Shown one piece after another: positions 43,864 through 54,624 of a stretch of DNA of 64,000 bases. Where the stretch lies: NCBI GenBank assembly GCA_903942465.1, contig CAJAPA010000012.1, positions 4,636 through 68,635 on the forward strand. Direction: 5' to 3'. This DNA is from an uncultured Gammaproteobacteria bacterium. Its GTDB lineage: Bacteria > Pseudomonadota > Gammaproteobacteria > Xanthomonadales > Xanthomonadaceae. A program made the position numbers and the translations under genes. The stretch's first letter is position 1. Every line of letters begins with the position of its first letter. The notes under the pieces are model-generated. The model was not told the origin of the DNA. It searched no databases and saw nothing but the letters and a program-made list of their open reading frames with translations.

Positions 43864-44555
43864 TCGGCCCAGAGCGACTTTCCGGACTTCTCCGCAATTT
43901 TCAGAATGCGGGCCTGATGGGCATCGGTCTCCTGCGCAGTGGCATGCAGAACAACTGACGACGAAGGCCCCGTGACGATAAGCTCCGATGCCGCCGCATC
44001 GCTTTCCGGAGCGGCTTCATCGAAGCCGAAACCGGTCTGGCCCGAGGTCATGGCCAGATAGACATCGGCCAGCAACTCCGCATCCAAGAGCGCGCCATGC
44101 AGCTGCCGGTGCTTGTTATCGACACCGAGACGTTTGCACAGCGCATCCAGGGAATTGCGCTGGCCGGGATACAACTCACGCGCCATCTTCAGGGTATCGA
44201 GCACTCCGGCATGACGGTCGATGCGGCCATAGGCGGTGCCGAGCAGGCCCAGCTCGTAATTCAGGAAACCGAGATCGAATTCGGCATTATGGATGACCAG
44301 CTCGGCGCCGGCGATGAAATCAAGGAATTCCTGCACCACCTCTTCGAAGCGCGGCTTGTCGGCCAGAAAATCCAAGGTCAGGCCGGTGACCTCGGCGGCG
44401 CCGGGCTCCATCTCGCGCCCCGGATTGAGGTACTGTTGATAGCTTCTGCCGCTGGGACGCCGGTTGAGAAGTTCGATGCATCCGATTTCCACGACCCGGT
44501 TGCCTTTTTCCCAGGAAAGTCCGGTGGTTTCGGTATCGAGTACGACCTGTCGCAT
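43860..44555 (-). CDS. dnaQ: DNA polymerase III epsilon subunit
   Basis: DTETTG, HNAEFD, HGALLDA. Confidence 0.97.
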   Translation of the reverse strand: MRQVVLDTETTGLSWEKGNRVVEIGCIELLNRRPSGRSYQQYLNPGREMEPGAAEVTGLTLDFLADKPRFEEVVQEFLDFIAGAELVIHNAEFDLGFLNYELGLLGTAYGRIDRHAGVLDTLKMARELYPGQRNSLDALCKRLGVDNKHRQLHGALLDAELLADVYLAMTSGQTGFGFDEAAPESDAAASELIVTGPSSSVVLHATAQETDAHQARILKIAEKSGKSLWAD

Positions 44556-44563
44556 GGTGTTTC

Positions 44564-45007
44564 CTATTTGTATGTTTCAGCGGCAAGACGCGCCAGTCCA
44601 TCGACACGCTCGTTGTCAGCGTGGCCGGCATGGCCTTTCACCCAATGCCAATGCACCGTGTGACTGGCATTGGCCTCATGCAGCCGCAACCAGAGATCCT
44701 GATTCTTGACCGGTTCGCCTTTGGCGTTTTTCCAACCCCGCTTGATCCAGCCCGGCAGCCATTCGGTGATGCCCTTCTGCACATACTGGGAATCCGTGTA
44801 AAGATCGACCCGGCAATGCCGGTTCAGCGACTCCAGTGCGCAGATGGCACCGAGCAGCTCCATGCGGTTATTGGTGGTGTGGGACTCTCCGCCGGACAGC
44901 TCCTTCTCGGTCTGCCCGTATCGGAGCAAGGCGCCCCATCCGCCCGGCCCGGGATTGCCGGAGCAGGCGCCGTCCGTGTGGATTTCGATATGGGGTACGC
45001 TGGCCAT
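44564..45007 (-). CDS. rnhA: Ribonuclease HI
   Basis: [31 protein letters not shown]; start MASVPH at 45007. Confidence 0.97.
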   Translation of the reverse strand: MASVPHIEIHTDGACSGNPGPGGWGALLRYGQTEKELSGGESHTTNNRMELLGAICALESLNRHCRVDLYTDSQYVQKGITEWLPGWIKRGWKNAKGEPVKNQDLWLRLHEANASHTVHWHWVKGHAGHADNERVDGLARLAAETYK

Positions 45008-45015
45008 GGAGTCTT

Positions 45016-45627
45016 TCATGTCGGTGTTTGTTCCCGCGCCAGAGCGACGGCTGCGGCATTTTTCCGCAAGGGGGTCAGCGCGGCTTTGCGTTTCCGCAAC
45101 AGCAGGAAGTTTACCGAACACAGCGCCCGCGGTCGAGCCTTGCCGAGCCTCTCGTGCCGGATGAGCTCCAATCCCGCCTCCGCCAACATGGCGGACCAGG
45201 CCGTCGCCGTTTGCAGACGCATGCCCGACCAGCCCCCGCTCAGCCGCGTGGCAGCAAAGGGATTCAAGGCCAGTATCGCGAAATGACCCTCAGGGACCAG
45301 CATTCGCGCACATTCGGCAATGAGCAGGCCGGGATCCGTTGCCGTTTCCAGCACGAATGCCGCAAGCACCAAGGCCATGCATTCATTGACCAGAGGCAAC
45401 GGCTCATCCTCGGTGATGATATCGCCGTAAAACCGCCCACGCGCGCGCTGAAGCTGGTAAACGGGAGCGCATTGCAGAGCGGGCAATGCCAATCCCTGTG
45501 CACAGGGCTGCAGCACCAAGGCATTATGGCCGCAAAGCGGCCACAACCAGGGCGCGCATGCTGAAACGCTTTCAGCAGCCAGCATCTGGCCTTTGTCGGT
45601 CTCGAACCAGTTGTTTTCGCCCGTCAT
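45016..45627 (-). CDS. YafS-like class I SAM methyltransferase-fold protein
   Basis: LPLVNEC..LV...[11 protein letters not shown]...LNP; conserved position between gloB and rnhA. Confidence 0.75.
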   Translation of the reverse strand: MTGENNWFETDKGQMLAAESVSACAPWLWPLCGHNALVLQPCAQGLALPALQCAPVYQLQRARGRFYGDIITEDEPLPLVNECMALVLAAFVLETATDPGLLIAECARMLVPEGHFAILALNPFAATRLSGGWSGMRLQTATAWSAMLAEAGLELIRHERLGKARPRALCSVNFLLLRKRKAALTPLRKNAAAVALAREQTPT

Positions 45628-45687
45628 GTGCCGACACCGTTTAAACTAGATCTATTGTGCGTCAAATGACGGCCACGGTCACCTTCC

Positions 45688-46452
45688 ATGACAGTCCTGC
45701 AAGCGCTGCCTGCTTTCGAAGACAACTACATCTGGTGCTACCGTGGCAACGAGGGCGGGAGCATCGTGGTCGATCCGGGCGATGCCGGCCCCGTGCTTGC
45801 GGCCATTGCCGACGGCCTGCGTATCGCGGCGATTTTCATTACCCATCACCACAACGACCATATTGGCGGCTTGGGCGCTCTCCGGGCCGCCTTCACTGGC
45901 TCCGTCTATGGGCCGGAGGATGCCCGTATCCCCGGCATCGACCGTATTGTCCGCCATGATGATGTCCTGCAGATTTCAGGATTCCGGCCGTTCCGGGTCA
46001 TGGCCGTCCCCGGCCACACCCGCAGCCACATCGCCTATACCGACTCGAGCGTTCTGTTCTGCGGCGATACCCTGTTCAGCCTCGGTTGCGGGCGCCTGTT
46101 CGAAGGCAGCCCCGAACAGATGCTGGCTTCTTTGGATCGTCTGGCGGAATTGCCGGAAGACACCCTCGTGTGTTGTACCCATGAATACACTCTATCGAAC
46201 GCCCGATTTGCCGCCGCCGCCGAACCGGATAACCCTGAACGCGATCACCTTATCGACGATATCAAGGCACGGCGCGGTTCGGGGCAGCCAAGTCTGCCCT
46301 CCCGCATTGTGATCGAGAAAGCCTGCAATCCGTTTCTGCGCACGCACTTTCCCGAGCGTCTCACCGGCCTGAAGGAACACCTCGGCTTCATGCCGGAATC
46401 GCGACTGGCCCGCTTTGCTGCCTTGCGTGCATGGAAGGACCAGTTCCGATGA
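45688..46452 (+). CDS. gloB: Hydroxyacylglutathione hydrolase (glyoxalase II)
   Basis: AFEDNYIW, THHHNDH, PGHT, FCGDTLF, HEYT, NPFLR. Confidence 0.96.
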   Translation: MTVLQALPAFEDNYIWCYRGNEGGSIVVDPGDAGPVLAAIADGLRIAAIFITHHHNDHIGGLGALRAAFTGSVYGPEDARIPGIDRIVRHDDVLQISGFRPFRVMAVPGHTRSHIAYTDSSVLFCGDTLFSLGCGRLFEGSPEQMLASLDRLAELPEDTLVCCTHEYTLSNARFAAAAEPDNPERDHLIDDIKARRGSGQPSLPSRIVIEKACNPFLRTHFPERLTGLKEHLGFMPESRLARFAALRAWKDQFR

Positions 46453-47213
46453 GCGCCTTTCCGCCATGGCTATTGGTCCTGGGGATTGGCTTTGCCGGAT
46501 CCACGGCGGCGCAGGAAACACTGAAGCCGGCGGCATTCGAACGCAGCGGCGCCGATGTCTTCCAGCGCATCAGCGGTGCGCTGGATCCGGAGTCCTGCAA
46601 CGAGAGCGCCGCCAGGAGCACGTGGATGAAGGATTACATCCATAATCCGGCGCGTTTTGAAAGGCAATTGATCACGATGCTGCCGATACTCGACCATGTC
46701 AGCTACCAGGCACGAAAGCGCGGACTACCGATGGAGTACGCCCTGATTCCCTTCGTCGAAAGCCGCTTTCAGCCCAAAGCCGTTGCCAAAGGCGGGCCGA
46801 CCGGGCTTTGGCAGATTATGCCGGAAACCGGCCGCTATTACGGTCTCCAGATTGGTGGAAAGAAAGACGGACGCTTCTCGGTCATCCAATCAACCGATGC
46901 GGCACTGTCCTATCTGCAGAAACTGCAGACCATGTTCGATGATTGGCAAACCGGAATCATGGCCTACAATGCCGGTGACAGCCGTTTGCGTGGCAGCCTG
47001 AGACGCCAGGGCCTGTCCAAAGCGGATGCCGATAAACGTCTGCCCACCGGCCTTGCACCCCACACTTATGCCTATGTGAAGAAAATCAGGGCGCTCAGCT
47101 GTTTCATGTTCAATCCGGCCAGCTTCGGGGTCGATCTGCCGAATGAGGCCGTATTCACGCCCCTGGAAACCGATACCGATCCGGTGGCGCCGATACCGGA
47201 TAACGGCAACTGA
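46449..47213 (+). CDS. SLT-domain lytic transglycosylase (MltD-like, no LysM)
   Basis: FVES, GLWQIMP.TG, AYNAG; signal peptide. Confidence 0.9.
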   Translation: MSAFPPWLLVLGIGFAGSTAAQETLKPAAFERSGADVFQRISGALDPESCNESAARSTWMKDYIHNPARFERQLITMLPILDHVSYQARKRGLPMEYALIPFVESRFQPKAVAKGGPTGLWQIMPETGRYYGLQIGGKKDGRFSVIQSTDAALSYLQKLQTMFDDWQTGIMAYNAGDSRLRGSLRRQGLSKADADKRLPTGLAPHTYAYVKKIRALSCFMFNPASFGVDLPNEAVFTPLETDTDPVAPIPDNGN

Positions 47214-47235
47214 AAACGCCCGGCAAGCCGGGCGT
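47213..47235. terminator. Terminator hairpin between SLT gene and ppiD
   Basis: AAAACGCCCGG-CAAG-CCGGGCGT; U tract on minus strand. Confidence 0.7.
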
Positions 47236-47256
47236 CAGGAATCACTGCATCAGATA

Positions 47257-49200
47257 TCAGAGACGGTCTTCGGCGATGACCACCTTGAAGCTGCGGCGCA
47301 GCGCCTTGATGTATTCGGCGACCTGTTGGGCACCACGGACCTGGCCGAGATAGCCGGTCATTTCTTTACGTTCCTGGGGCGATAGCGCCGACAGGTCCGG
47401 TTCGTTCACGGCTTTCAACTGCATCAGCAGATACGCTCCGTCCGGCAGTTTTGCGATACCGGCACCACCGGGCTTGCCGTTTTTCGGACGTGCGAGACGG
47501 AAAGCTTCCTGCACCACCGGCTGAAGCTGCGGCACGGGCGCCTGGCGGCCGACGGCGAGCGCGGGAATGACCGGCCGCGACAGGGATGCGGCAACCTGTT
47601 CCAAGGTTTCGCCCTTGTTCAAACGCTCCAACAAGGCTTTGGCATCTTTTTCGGCCTGTTTCCCGGCACGGTCCTGGACAAAAGCCAGCCGCACGACATC
47701 CTTGACCTGGACGAACGGAAGCACGGCTTCGGGTTTGTGATCAACCACCCGCAGCAGAACCACATGGTTGGGCTCCAGTTCAATGAGATCGCTGACGCGG
47801 CGCTCGACCAGAACCTCATCTGAAAACGCCGCTTTGCGGACCGGATCAAGGGCGGCGATGCCCTCGCCGCCGCGGCGGGTGAATGCACCAGTCCGAAGCA
47901 GGGATTTTCCGACGACCTTGGCAGCGGGCTCGAGCGAGCTGGCGTTTTCACCAACGGCATTGATCATCTTTCCGGCAAGGTCATTGAACTGGCGCTCAAT
48001 TTCCGAACTCAGGTAAGCCGCTTCGATTTCGCCACGGACCTCTTCAAAGGGCTTGGCGGTACCGGCAATCAGTTCGCGGTAATACAGCACATGCCAACCG
48101 TCCTCGAGCCGGACCGGCTCGGAGACTTGGCCGGGTTTCAAGGCAAAGAAAGCCTTGTCGAATGCATCACCGAAGATGCCTTTCTCGACCGGGCCGAGAT
48201 CGCCGCCGGAATCTTTGCTGGCAAGATCATCGGACGCCTTTGCCAGTTCGGCAAAACTGCCCGGGTTGGCCTGGGCCTGCTTGGCGAAGTCCTGCGCCTT
48301 GGCTTTGGCCGCGGCCTCGGCGGCGTCAGAAGCGCCGGCAGGAACTTCAACCAGAATGTGGGACGCCACGCGCTGTTCCGGCGTACCGTATTGGGCCTTC
48401 TGATCTTCATAACGCGAACGCAGAATCGACTCATCGATGGTAATGTTGGTCGTGACGGCGCTCTGCTCCAGTTCGACATACTCAACTGTGACGGTTTCTT
48501 CGGTACGGTAATCGGATTTATGGCTGTTGTACCAAGCCGTCAGTTCGGCATCGGTGGCATTCGGATCGAGCGCCGGCAACGGGATTTCGACATAGCCCAG
48601 ATCACGCTTCTGGTCAGCCAGCTGGCGCATGGCAATGGCATCGCTGTCCGAAGCGATTCCCGAACTGACGTACTCATCGGCGATGAAACGGGTCATCAGA
48701 TCCTGCCGGATGCGTTCCTCGAATTGGGTGGGCGTATAGCCCAATTGCTGGATGGCTAGCTGATAGCGGGACTGGTCGAATTTACCATCCACGGTGAAGG
48801 CATCAATCTTGAGAATCTCGTCGCGGATCATCGCATCCGAAATCCGGATGCCGGCCTGCTGCGCTCCCAACTGCAGCACGGCCTCGTCGATCATCTGCTC
48901 GAGGATGCGGCGCTTGTTCTCCGGTTTTTCGAAAGCGGCGGCATCGAATGCCTCTCCCTGCTGCTGCCGCTGCTGTTGGCGGACCTGGTCGATACGGCGG
49001 CTGTAATCGGCGACAGCGACCTCGACCGAGGCTTCGCCGTAACCGAGCAGCTTGCCGGGCTTGGTCACTTTGGCCACATAGTTTCCGGCTCCGGGGGTAT
49101 TCATTCCCTCGTAACCAAAAAATGCCATGACGGCAATGATCATGACCAGAATCAGCTTAGCGATCGGGCCGGAGGAATTTTCACGGATATTCTGAAGCAT
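47257..49200 (-). CDS. ppiD: Peptidyl-prolyl isomerase D (SurA N-terminal + parvulin)
   Basis: N-terminal TM, ASHILV, SDDLASKDSGGDLG; downstream of hupB and tRNAs. Confidence 0.92.
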   Translation of the reverse strand: MLQNIRENSSGPIAKLILVMIIAVMAFFGYEGMNTPGAGNYVAKVTKPGKLLGYGEASVEVAVADYSRRIDQVRQQQRQQQGEAFDAAAFEKPENKRRILEQMIDEAVLQLGAQQAGIRISDAMIRDEILKIDAFTVDGKFDQSRYQLAIQQLGYTPTQFEERIRQDLMTRFIADEYVSSGIASDSDAIAMRQLADQKRDLGYVEIPLPALDPNATDAELTAWYNSHKSDYRTEETVTVEYVELEQSAVTTNITIDESILRSRYEDQKAQYGTPEQRVASHILVEVPAGASDAAEAAAKAKAQDFAKQAQANPGSFAELAKASDDLASKDSGGDLGPVEKGIFGDAFDKAFFALKPGQVSEPVRLEDGWHVLYYRELIAGTAKPFEEVRGEIEAAYLSSEIERQFNDLAGKMINAVGENASSLEPAAKVVGKSLLRTGAFTRRGGEGIAALDPVRKAAFSDEVLVERRVSDLIELEPNHVVLLRVVDHKPEAVLPFVQVKDVVRLAFVQDRAGKQAEKDAKALLERLNKGETLEQVAASLSRPVIPALAVGRQAPVPQLQPVVQEAFRLARPKNGKPGGAGIAKLPDGAYLLMQLKAVNEPDLSALSPQERKEMTGYLGQVRGAQQVAEYIKALRRSFKVVIAEDRL

Positions 49201-49264
49201 GGCGGGGCGCGGAACCGGGTTGGGCAAGGCCACTATTATGAAGCTTTTGGCGCCGGAACGCACG

Positions 49265-49294
49265 AAAAAGAAAAGGCACCCGAAGGTGCCTTTT
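49265..49294 (-). terminator. Terminator after tRNA-Val/Asp
   Basis: AAAAGGCACC-TTCG-GGTGCCTTTTCTTTTT on minus strand. Confidence 0.85.
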
Positions 49295-49300
49295 CAACAG

Positions 49301-49377
49301 TGGCGGAGTGGACGGGACTCGAACCCGCGACCCTCGGCGTGACAGGCCGATATTCTAACCGACTGAACTACCACTCC
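49301..49377 (-). tRNA. tRNA-Asp(GTC)
   Basis: GGAGTGGTAGTTCAGTCGGTTAGAATATCGGC-CTGTCAC-GCCGA...CACTCCGCCA. Confidence 0.97.
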
Positions 49378-49397
49378 AGTTCATGTGCTTGAAGCGC

Positions 49398-49472
49398 TGG
49401 TGGGTGCTGAGGGTTTCGAACCCCCGACCCTCTCCGTGTAAGGGAGACGCTCTACCGCTGAGCTAAGCACCC
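49398..49472 (-). tRNA. tRNA-Val(TAC)
   Basis: GGGTGCTTAGCTCAGCGGTAGAGCGTCTCC-CTTACAC-GGAGA...GCACCCACCA. Confidence 0.97.
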
Positions 49473-49487
49473 TCAAGCAGGATGCGT

Positions 49488-49517
49488 AGCATACACCATT
49501 TTACCGCCGCATGACAA
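49488..49517 (-). promoter_or_regulatory. Promoter of tRNA-Val-Asp
   Basis: TTGTCA-N18-TATGCT on minus strand. Confidence 0.6.
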
Positions 49518-49541
49518 CTGAAATCGGCGGAAAACGCCGGA

Positions 49542-49817
49542 TTACTTGTTGACGGCGTCTTTCAGTGCTTTACCAGCTTTGAAGCCCGGGTTCTTGGAGG
49601 CTTTGATCTTGATGGTGGCACCGGTCTGCGGGTTACGGCCTTGACGGGCAGCGCGCTTGCGCACCGAGAACGTACCGAAGCCGACGAGGGTCACGGTGTC
49701 GCCTTTTTTCAGGGCTTTGGTGATCACTTCGATGACGGCATCCACGGCGCCGGCGGCGGCGGCTTTGGACAGGTCGGCCTTTTCGGCTACGGCAGCAACA
49801 AATTCAGCTTTATTCAT
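49542..49817 (-). CDS. hupB: Nucleoid protein HU
   Basis: [36 protein letters not shown]. Confidence 0.96.
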   Translation of the reverse strand: MNKAEFVAAVAEKADLSKAAAAGAVDAVIEVITKALKKGDTVTLVGFGTFSVRKRAARQGRNPQTGATIKIKASKNPGFKAGKALKDAVNK

Positions 49818-50012
49818 TTTGATAAATCTCCCAAATGCGATTATTCGCGAAAATATAGAAATTAAGTCGGGGCGGGGCCGCAACCTAACCATATCGCCGA
49901 AGCCCTAGAATTGCGGTCTGGAGCCCGGTTGCAACAATTTATACCAGTGAATGTGGATATGCGCAATACCCTGCAAGCCTTTATTTGCAGGCTTTACAGG
50001 GTTTTTTACCGG

Positions 50013-52475
50013 TTAGTGCGGGCGCACGCCGGATTGCGATTGTTTTGTACGCGATTTCGCGATTTTTTTCTTGACAGCAGGAATTTTCTGCGGTTCCGAA
50101 AGCGGCTTGACCAAGGCAATATCCAGCACCTGATCGATCCATTTGACGGGGACGATTTCCAGGTCGCGGGTGACATTCTCGGGAATATCCGCCAGATCCT
50201 TGCGGTTTTCTTCGGGAATGAGAACCGTGCGGATTCCGCCGCGAAGCGCCGCCAGAAGTTTTTCCTTCAATCCGCCGATCGGCAGCACGCGGCCGCGAAG
50301 CGTGATTTCACCGGTCATCGCGACATCGGCACGGACCGGCACTTTCGACAGCGCGGAGACCAAAGCCGTCACCATGGCGATGCCCGCGCTTGGTCCGTCC
50401 TTGGGCGTCGCTCCTTCAGGGACATGCACGTGGGTATCGAACTTGTTGTGGAAATCAACATCCAGCCCGAGCTGCAGGCTGCGGGCACGGACCACGGTAT
50501 AGGCGGCTTTTACGGACTCCTGCATCACATCACCGAGTTGGCCGGTCAAGATCAGCTGCCCTTTACCCGGCATCAGAGTTGCCTCGATCTGCAGCAGCTC
50601 GCCGCCGACCTCGGTCCACGCAAGTCCGGTAACCAGACCGATCTCGCTCTGCTCTTCGGCGCGTCCGAAATCGAACCGGCGAACGCCGAGATAGCGGTCG
50701 AGATTGGCGGAATCGACTTTCTTCAAAGCCGGGGATTTCGACGATTTCGTTTTCTTTGCGGGTTTGGTTTTCTTCAACGGGCCGGACAAGGCGATTTCTT
50801 TCACCACTTTGCGGCAGATTTTCGCCAACTCGCGCTCGAGCGAGCGCACACCGGATTCGCGCGTGTAATAGCGCACGATGTCGCGGATGGCTTCGGCATC
50901 GACCCGTAGCTCACCGTCCTTGAGTCCGCTCGCCTTCAATTGCTTCGGAAGCAGGTAACGCACTGCGATATTCAGCTTTTCTTCTTCGGTGTAACCCGGA
51001 ATACGGATCACCTCCATGCGATCTAGTAGCGGACCCGGGATGTTCATCGAGTTCGAGGTGCAGATGAACATGACCTCGGACAGATCCAGATCGACCTCGA
51101 GATAATGGTCGTTGAAGTTATGGTTCTGCTCCGGATCCAGCACCTCCAGCAGGGCGGCCGCCGGGTCGCCGCGGAAATCATTGCTCATTTTGTCGATTTC
51201 ATCGAGCACGAATAGGGGATTCCGGCTTTCAACCTTGTTGAGGTTCTGCACGATGCGGCCCGGCATCGAACCGATGTACGTCCGGCGATGGCCACGGATC
51301 TCGGCTTCATCACGTACGCCGCCGAGTGCCATCCGGACGAATTTTCGGTTGGTGGCTTTGGCGATGCTCTGACCGAGCGAGGTCTTGCCGACACCCGGAG
51401 GCCCGACCAGACACAGAATCGGACCCTTCATTTTCTGGACACGGGCCTGAACAGCGAGGTATTCCAGTATCCGGTCCTTGACCTTTTCCAGACCATAGTG
51501 GTCCTCATCGAGCACCTGCTGGGCAAGCTTGAGATCCTTGCGTACCTTGCTGCGCTTCTCCCAGGGAACACCGACCAGCCATTCGAGATAATTGCGGACA
51601 ACCGACGCCTCCGCGGACATCGGCGACATCTGCTTGAGTTTGTTGAGTTCATTCCTGGCCTTGGTTTCGACCGCCTTCGGCATCTTGGATTCGGCGATTT
51701 TCCGTGCCAGTTCTTCGAGCTCGTTGGGCGAGTCCTCGGAATCGCCGAGTTCTTTCTGGATGGCCTTCATCTGCTCATTGAGATAGTACTCGCGCTGGCT
51801 TTTCTCCATCTGCGTTTTCACGCGCGAACGGATGCGCTTTTCGATGTGCTGGACATCAATCTCGCCTTCAACCAGACCGATCAGCATTTCGAGGCGCGCC
51901 TCGGGCGCCGCCGTCTCAAGCAACCGCTGTTTATCGGCCAGACGGACGCTCAGATGTGCCGCCACCGTGTCGGCGAAGCGGCTTGGATCATCGATTCCGG
52001 CAAGCGTCGCCAGGAGTTCCGGTGGCAACTTCCGGTTTGATTTGACATATTGTTCGAACAGACTGAGCAGGCTGCGCTGCGCCACTTCCGCCTCGCGCGC
52101 ATCCTTCACCGCCACGATTTCAAGCTCCATGGCGTTCGCCATCAGGGTGTCATCTTTCAAAACAATGTCGGAAACCTTGATACGCTGCATGCCTTCCACG
52201 AGCACCTTGATGGTTCCGTCCGGAAGCTTGAGCAGCTGGATGACCGTGGCAACGGTACCGATGTCGTAAAGGTCTTCGGCCTGCGGATCATCGATATCCG
52301 GGCTGCGCTGGGCCAACAGCACGATCTGCTTGTCGGGACCTTCCATCGCCAATTCAAGCGCTTTCATGGAGCGCTCACGGCCGACGAACAGCGGGATCAC
52401 CATGTTCGGATACACCACCACATCGCGCAGGGGAAGCACGGGCAGAAGGGTAACGCTTGCCTGTTTTTTATCCAT
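50013..52475 (-). CDS. lon: Lon protease
   Basis: [32 protein letters not shown]. Confidence 0.98.
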   Translation of the reverse strand: MDKKQASVTLLPVLPLRDVVVYPNMVIPLFVGRERSMKALELAMEGPDKQIVLLAQRSPDIDDPQAEDLYDIGTVATVIQLLKLPDGTIKVLVEGMQRIKVSDIVLKDDTLMANAMELEIVAVKDAREAEVAQRSLLSLFEQYVKSNRKLPPELLATLAGIDDPSRFADTVAAHLSVRLADKQRLLETAAPEARLEMLIGLVEGEIDVQHIEKRIRSRVKTQMEKSQREYYLNEQMKAIQKELGDSEDSPNELEELARKIAESKMPKAVETKARNELNKLKQMSPMSAEASVVRNYLEWLVGVPWEKRSKVRKDLKLAQQVLDEDHYGLEKVKDRILEYLAVQARVQKMKGPILCLVGPPGVGKTSLGQSIAKATNRKFVRMALGGVRDEAEIRGHRRTYIGSMPGRIVQNLNKVESRNPLFVLDEIDKMSNDFRGDPAAALLEVLDPEQNHNFNDHYLEVDLDLSEVMFICTSNSMNIPGPLLDRMEVIRIPGYTEEEKLNIAVRYLLPKQLKASGLKDGELRVDAEAIRDIVRYYTRESGVRSLERELAKICRKVVKEIALSGPLKKTKPAKKTKSSKSPALKKVDSANLDRYLGVRRFDFGRAEEQSEIGLVTGLAWTEVGGELLQIEATLMPGKGQLILTGQLGDVMQESVKAAYTVVRARSLQLGLDVDFHNKFDTHVHVPEGATPKDGPSAGIAMVTALVSALSKVPVRADVAMTGEITLRGRVLPIGGLKEKLLAALRGGIRTVLIPEENRKDLADIPENVTRDLEIVPVKWIDQVLDIALVKPLSEPQKIPAVKKKIAKSRTKQSQSGVRPH

Positions 52476-52511
52476 ATCGACTCCATTGCGGAAATTCCCG
52501 CCATACGTCCT

Positions 52512-52540
52512 TTATGGGGCTTTTCGGGGCGTCTTGCAAG
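52512..52540 (-). promoter_or_regulatory. sigma32 (RpoH) heat-shock promoter of lon
   Basis: CTTGCA-N15-CCCCATAA versus consensus CTTGAA-N13-15-CCCCATNT. Confidence 0.65.
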
Positions 52541-52551
52541 TACCCGGATGC

Positions 52552-52579
52552 AAAAAAACGGAGCCCTCTGGCTCCGTTT
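52552..52579 (-). terminator. Terminator after clpX
   Basis: AAACGGAGCC-AGAG-GGCTCCGTTTTTTT on minus strand. Confidence 0.85.
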
Positions 52580-52603
52580 CATTTCACGCCGGAAAAGTGA
52601 GGC

Positions 52604-53887
52604 TTATTCGCCGGAGGCCACTTTCGGAGCGCTGCTGTTGGAGTAGATCAGATAGGGCTCGGCCTGATGGTTGATGACCGACTCGTCGACCACCACTTTG
52701 CTGACATTTTCCAGAGACGGCAGCTCGTACATGGTGTCGAGCAGGACCGATTCCAGGATGGTACGCAGGCCGCGTGCGCCGGTTTTGCGCTTCATCGCCT
52801 TCTGGGCCACCGCGGCATAGGCATCCGGCCGGATTTCCAGCTCGACGCCCTCCATTTCGAACAGCTTCTTGAACTGCTTGCTGATGGCATTCTTCGGCTC
52901 GGTCAGGATCTTGACCAAGGCGGCCTCATCCAGCTCTTCGAGCGTGGCCACGACCGGAAGACGGCCGACGAATTCGGGAATCAGTCCGAATTTGATCAGA
53001 TCTTCCGGCTCGACGTCGTGCAGCAGCTTGGAAAGATCCATCTTGCGCTCGGAGGATTTGACCTTGGCGCCGAAACCGATGCCGCCGGATTCGGTGCTGC
53101 GCTGCTGGATGATCTTGTCGAGGCCGGCGAACGCCCCGCCGCAGATGAACAGCATGTTCTTGGTGTCGACCTGCAGGAATTCCTGCTGCGGATGCTTTCG
53201 CCCGCCCTGCGGCGGCACCGAAGCGACGGTGCCTTCGATCAGTTTGAGCAGGGCCTGCTGCACGCCTTCGCCGGAAACATCCCGGGTAATCGACGTGTTT
53301 TCCGACTTGCGGGAAATCTTGTCGATTTCATCGATGTAGACGATGCCGGACTGCGCTTTTTCGACATCGTAATCGCATTTCTGCAGCAGCTTCTGGATGA
53401 TGTTCTCGACGTCCTCGCCGACATAGCCGGCTTCGGTCAGCGTGGTGGCATCGGCGATGGTGAACGGTACGTTGAGCAGCCTGGCCAGTGTTTCGGCCAA
53501 CAGGGTCTTGCCCGATCCGGTCGGGCCGATCAGCAGGATGTTGGACTTGGACAGCTCGATATCGTCATTCTTGGCGCGCGACTCGATGCGTTTGTAGTGG
53601 TTGTACACGGCCACGGACAGCGTTTTTTTGGCGCGCGGCTGACCGATGACGTACTGGTCGAGCACCTCGAGGATTTCCTTCGGTTTCGGCAGGTGGCTGC
53701 GGGCCGAACCGGCTTTTTCCTGGAGTTCCTCGCGGATGATGTCGTTGCACAGGGCCACGCATTCATCGCAGATGAATACGCTCGGGCCGGCAATCAGCTT
53801 GGTGACCTCATGCTGGCTCTTGCCGCAGAACGAGCAATACAGGATTTTGGTCGTGTCACCGGAGCGGGTTTTACGGTCGTCGGTCAT
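52604..53887 (-). CDS. clpX: ATP-dependent Clp protease ATP-binding subunit ClpX
   Basis: CSFC..CDEC zinc finger, [17 protein letters not shown] loop. Confidence 0.98.
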   Translation of the reverse strand: MTDDRKTRSGDTTKILYCSFCGKSQHEVTKLIAGPSVFICDECVALCNDIIREELQEKAGSARSHLPKPKEILEVLDQYVIGQPRAKKTLSVAVYNHYKRIESRAKNDDIELSKSNILLIGPTGSGKTLLAETLARLLNVPFTIADATTLTEAGYVGEDVENIIQKLLQKCDYDVEKAQSGIVYIDEIDKISRKSENTSITRDVSGEGVQQALLKLIEGTVASVPPQGGRKHPQQEFLQVDTKNMLFICGGAFAGLDKIIQQRSTESGGIGFGAKVKSSERKMDLSKLLHDVEPEDLIKFGLIPEFVGRLPVVATLEELDEAALVKILTEPKNAISKQFKKLFEMEGVELEIRPDAYAAVAQKAMKRKTGARGLRTILESVLLDTMYELPSLENVSKVVVDESVINHQAEPYLIYSNSSAPKVASGE

Positions 53888-53964
53888 AGGTCTGTGTTCG
53901 GCAAAGGACACTCACTCTGAGCATATCACAAGCCGCTCAAGGGGAAAGCACCGGGGGGTGGGGG

Positions 53965-54588
53965 TCAGGCCGGCTGGATGCTGTCTGCAGGGCGGCGGTC
54001 GATGACGGAATCGACGACACCGTAGGCCTTGGCTTCTTCAGCCGCCATGAAGTAATCACGCTCGACATCAAGCTCAATTTTTTCAATGGCTTGGCCGGTG
54101 TTGGCGGCCAGCTCGGCGTTCAGGCGCGAACGTAAGTAAAGGATTTCCTTGGCCTGAATCGCAATATCACTGGCCTGCCCCTGAGTACCGCCAGAGGGCT
54201 GATGGATCATCACGCGCGAATTCGGCAGGATGTAACGTTTGCCTTTGGTGCCGGCAGCCAGCAGGAACGAACCCATTGAACAGGCCTGACCGACACAGAT
54301 GGTCGAGACGTCCGGCTTGATGAAACGCATGGTGTCGTAGATCGCCAATCCGGCAGTAACTACTCCGCCGGGCGAGTTGATGTAGAGGCTGATGTCTTTT
54401 TCCGGATTATCGGCCTCCAGGAACAGCAGCTGCGCGACAACGACATTGGCCACATAATCGTCGATCGGGCCGACAAGGAATATGACGCGTTCTTTCAGCA
54501 GACGCGAGTAGATGTCGAACGAGCGTTCACCGCGCGGGGTCTGTTCGACCACCATGGGGATCAGGTTGAGTCCTTCGGTAACGGCCAT
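53965..54588 (-). CDS. clpP: ATP-dependent Clp protease proteolytic subunit
   Basis: DIYSRLL, INSPGG, ACSMG Ser, MIHQP. Confidence 0.98.
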   Translation of the reverse strand: MAVTEGLNLIPMVVEQTPRGERSFDIYSRLLKERVIFLVGPIDDYVANVVVAQLLFLEADNPEKDISLYINSPGGVVTAGLAIYDTMRFIKPDVSTICVGQACSMGSFLLAAGTKGKRYILPNSRVMIHQPSGGTQGQASDIAIQAKEILYLRSRLNAELAANTGQAIEKIELDVERDYFMAAEEAKAYGVVDSVIDRRPADSIQPA

Positions 54589-54624
54589 GGCGGTCTCCTT
54601 CGAATGCGCAGTGGTCAGGGTAGA

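Noticed and set aside
45016-45627. Loss of the glycine-rich SAM motif in the YafS-like protein
   Set aside because: YafS orthologues are generally divergent in this region as I recall, so this is not evidence of novelty.
49968-50007. Nested inverted repeats between lon and hupB
   Set aside because: Most simply a lon terminator or stabiliser hairpin; nothing supports a distinct element.
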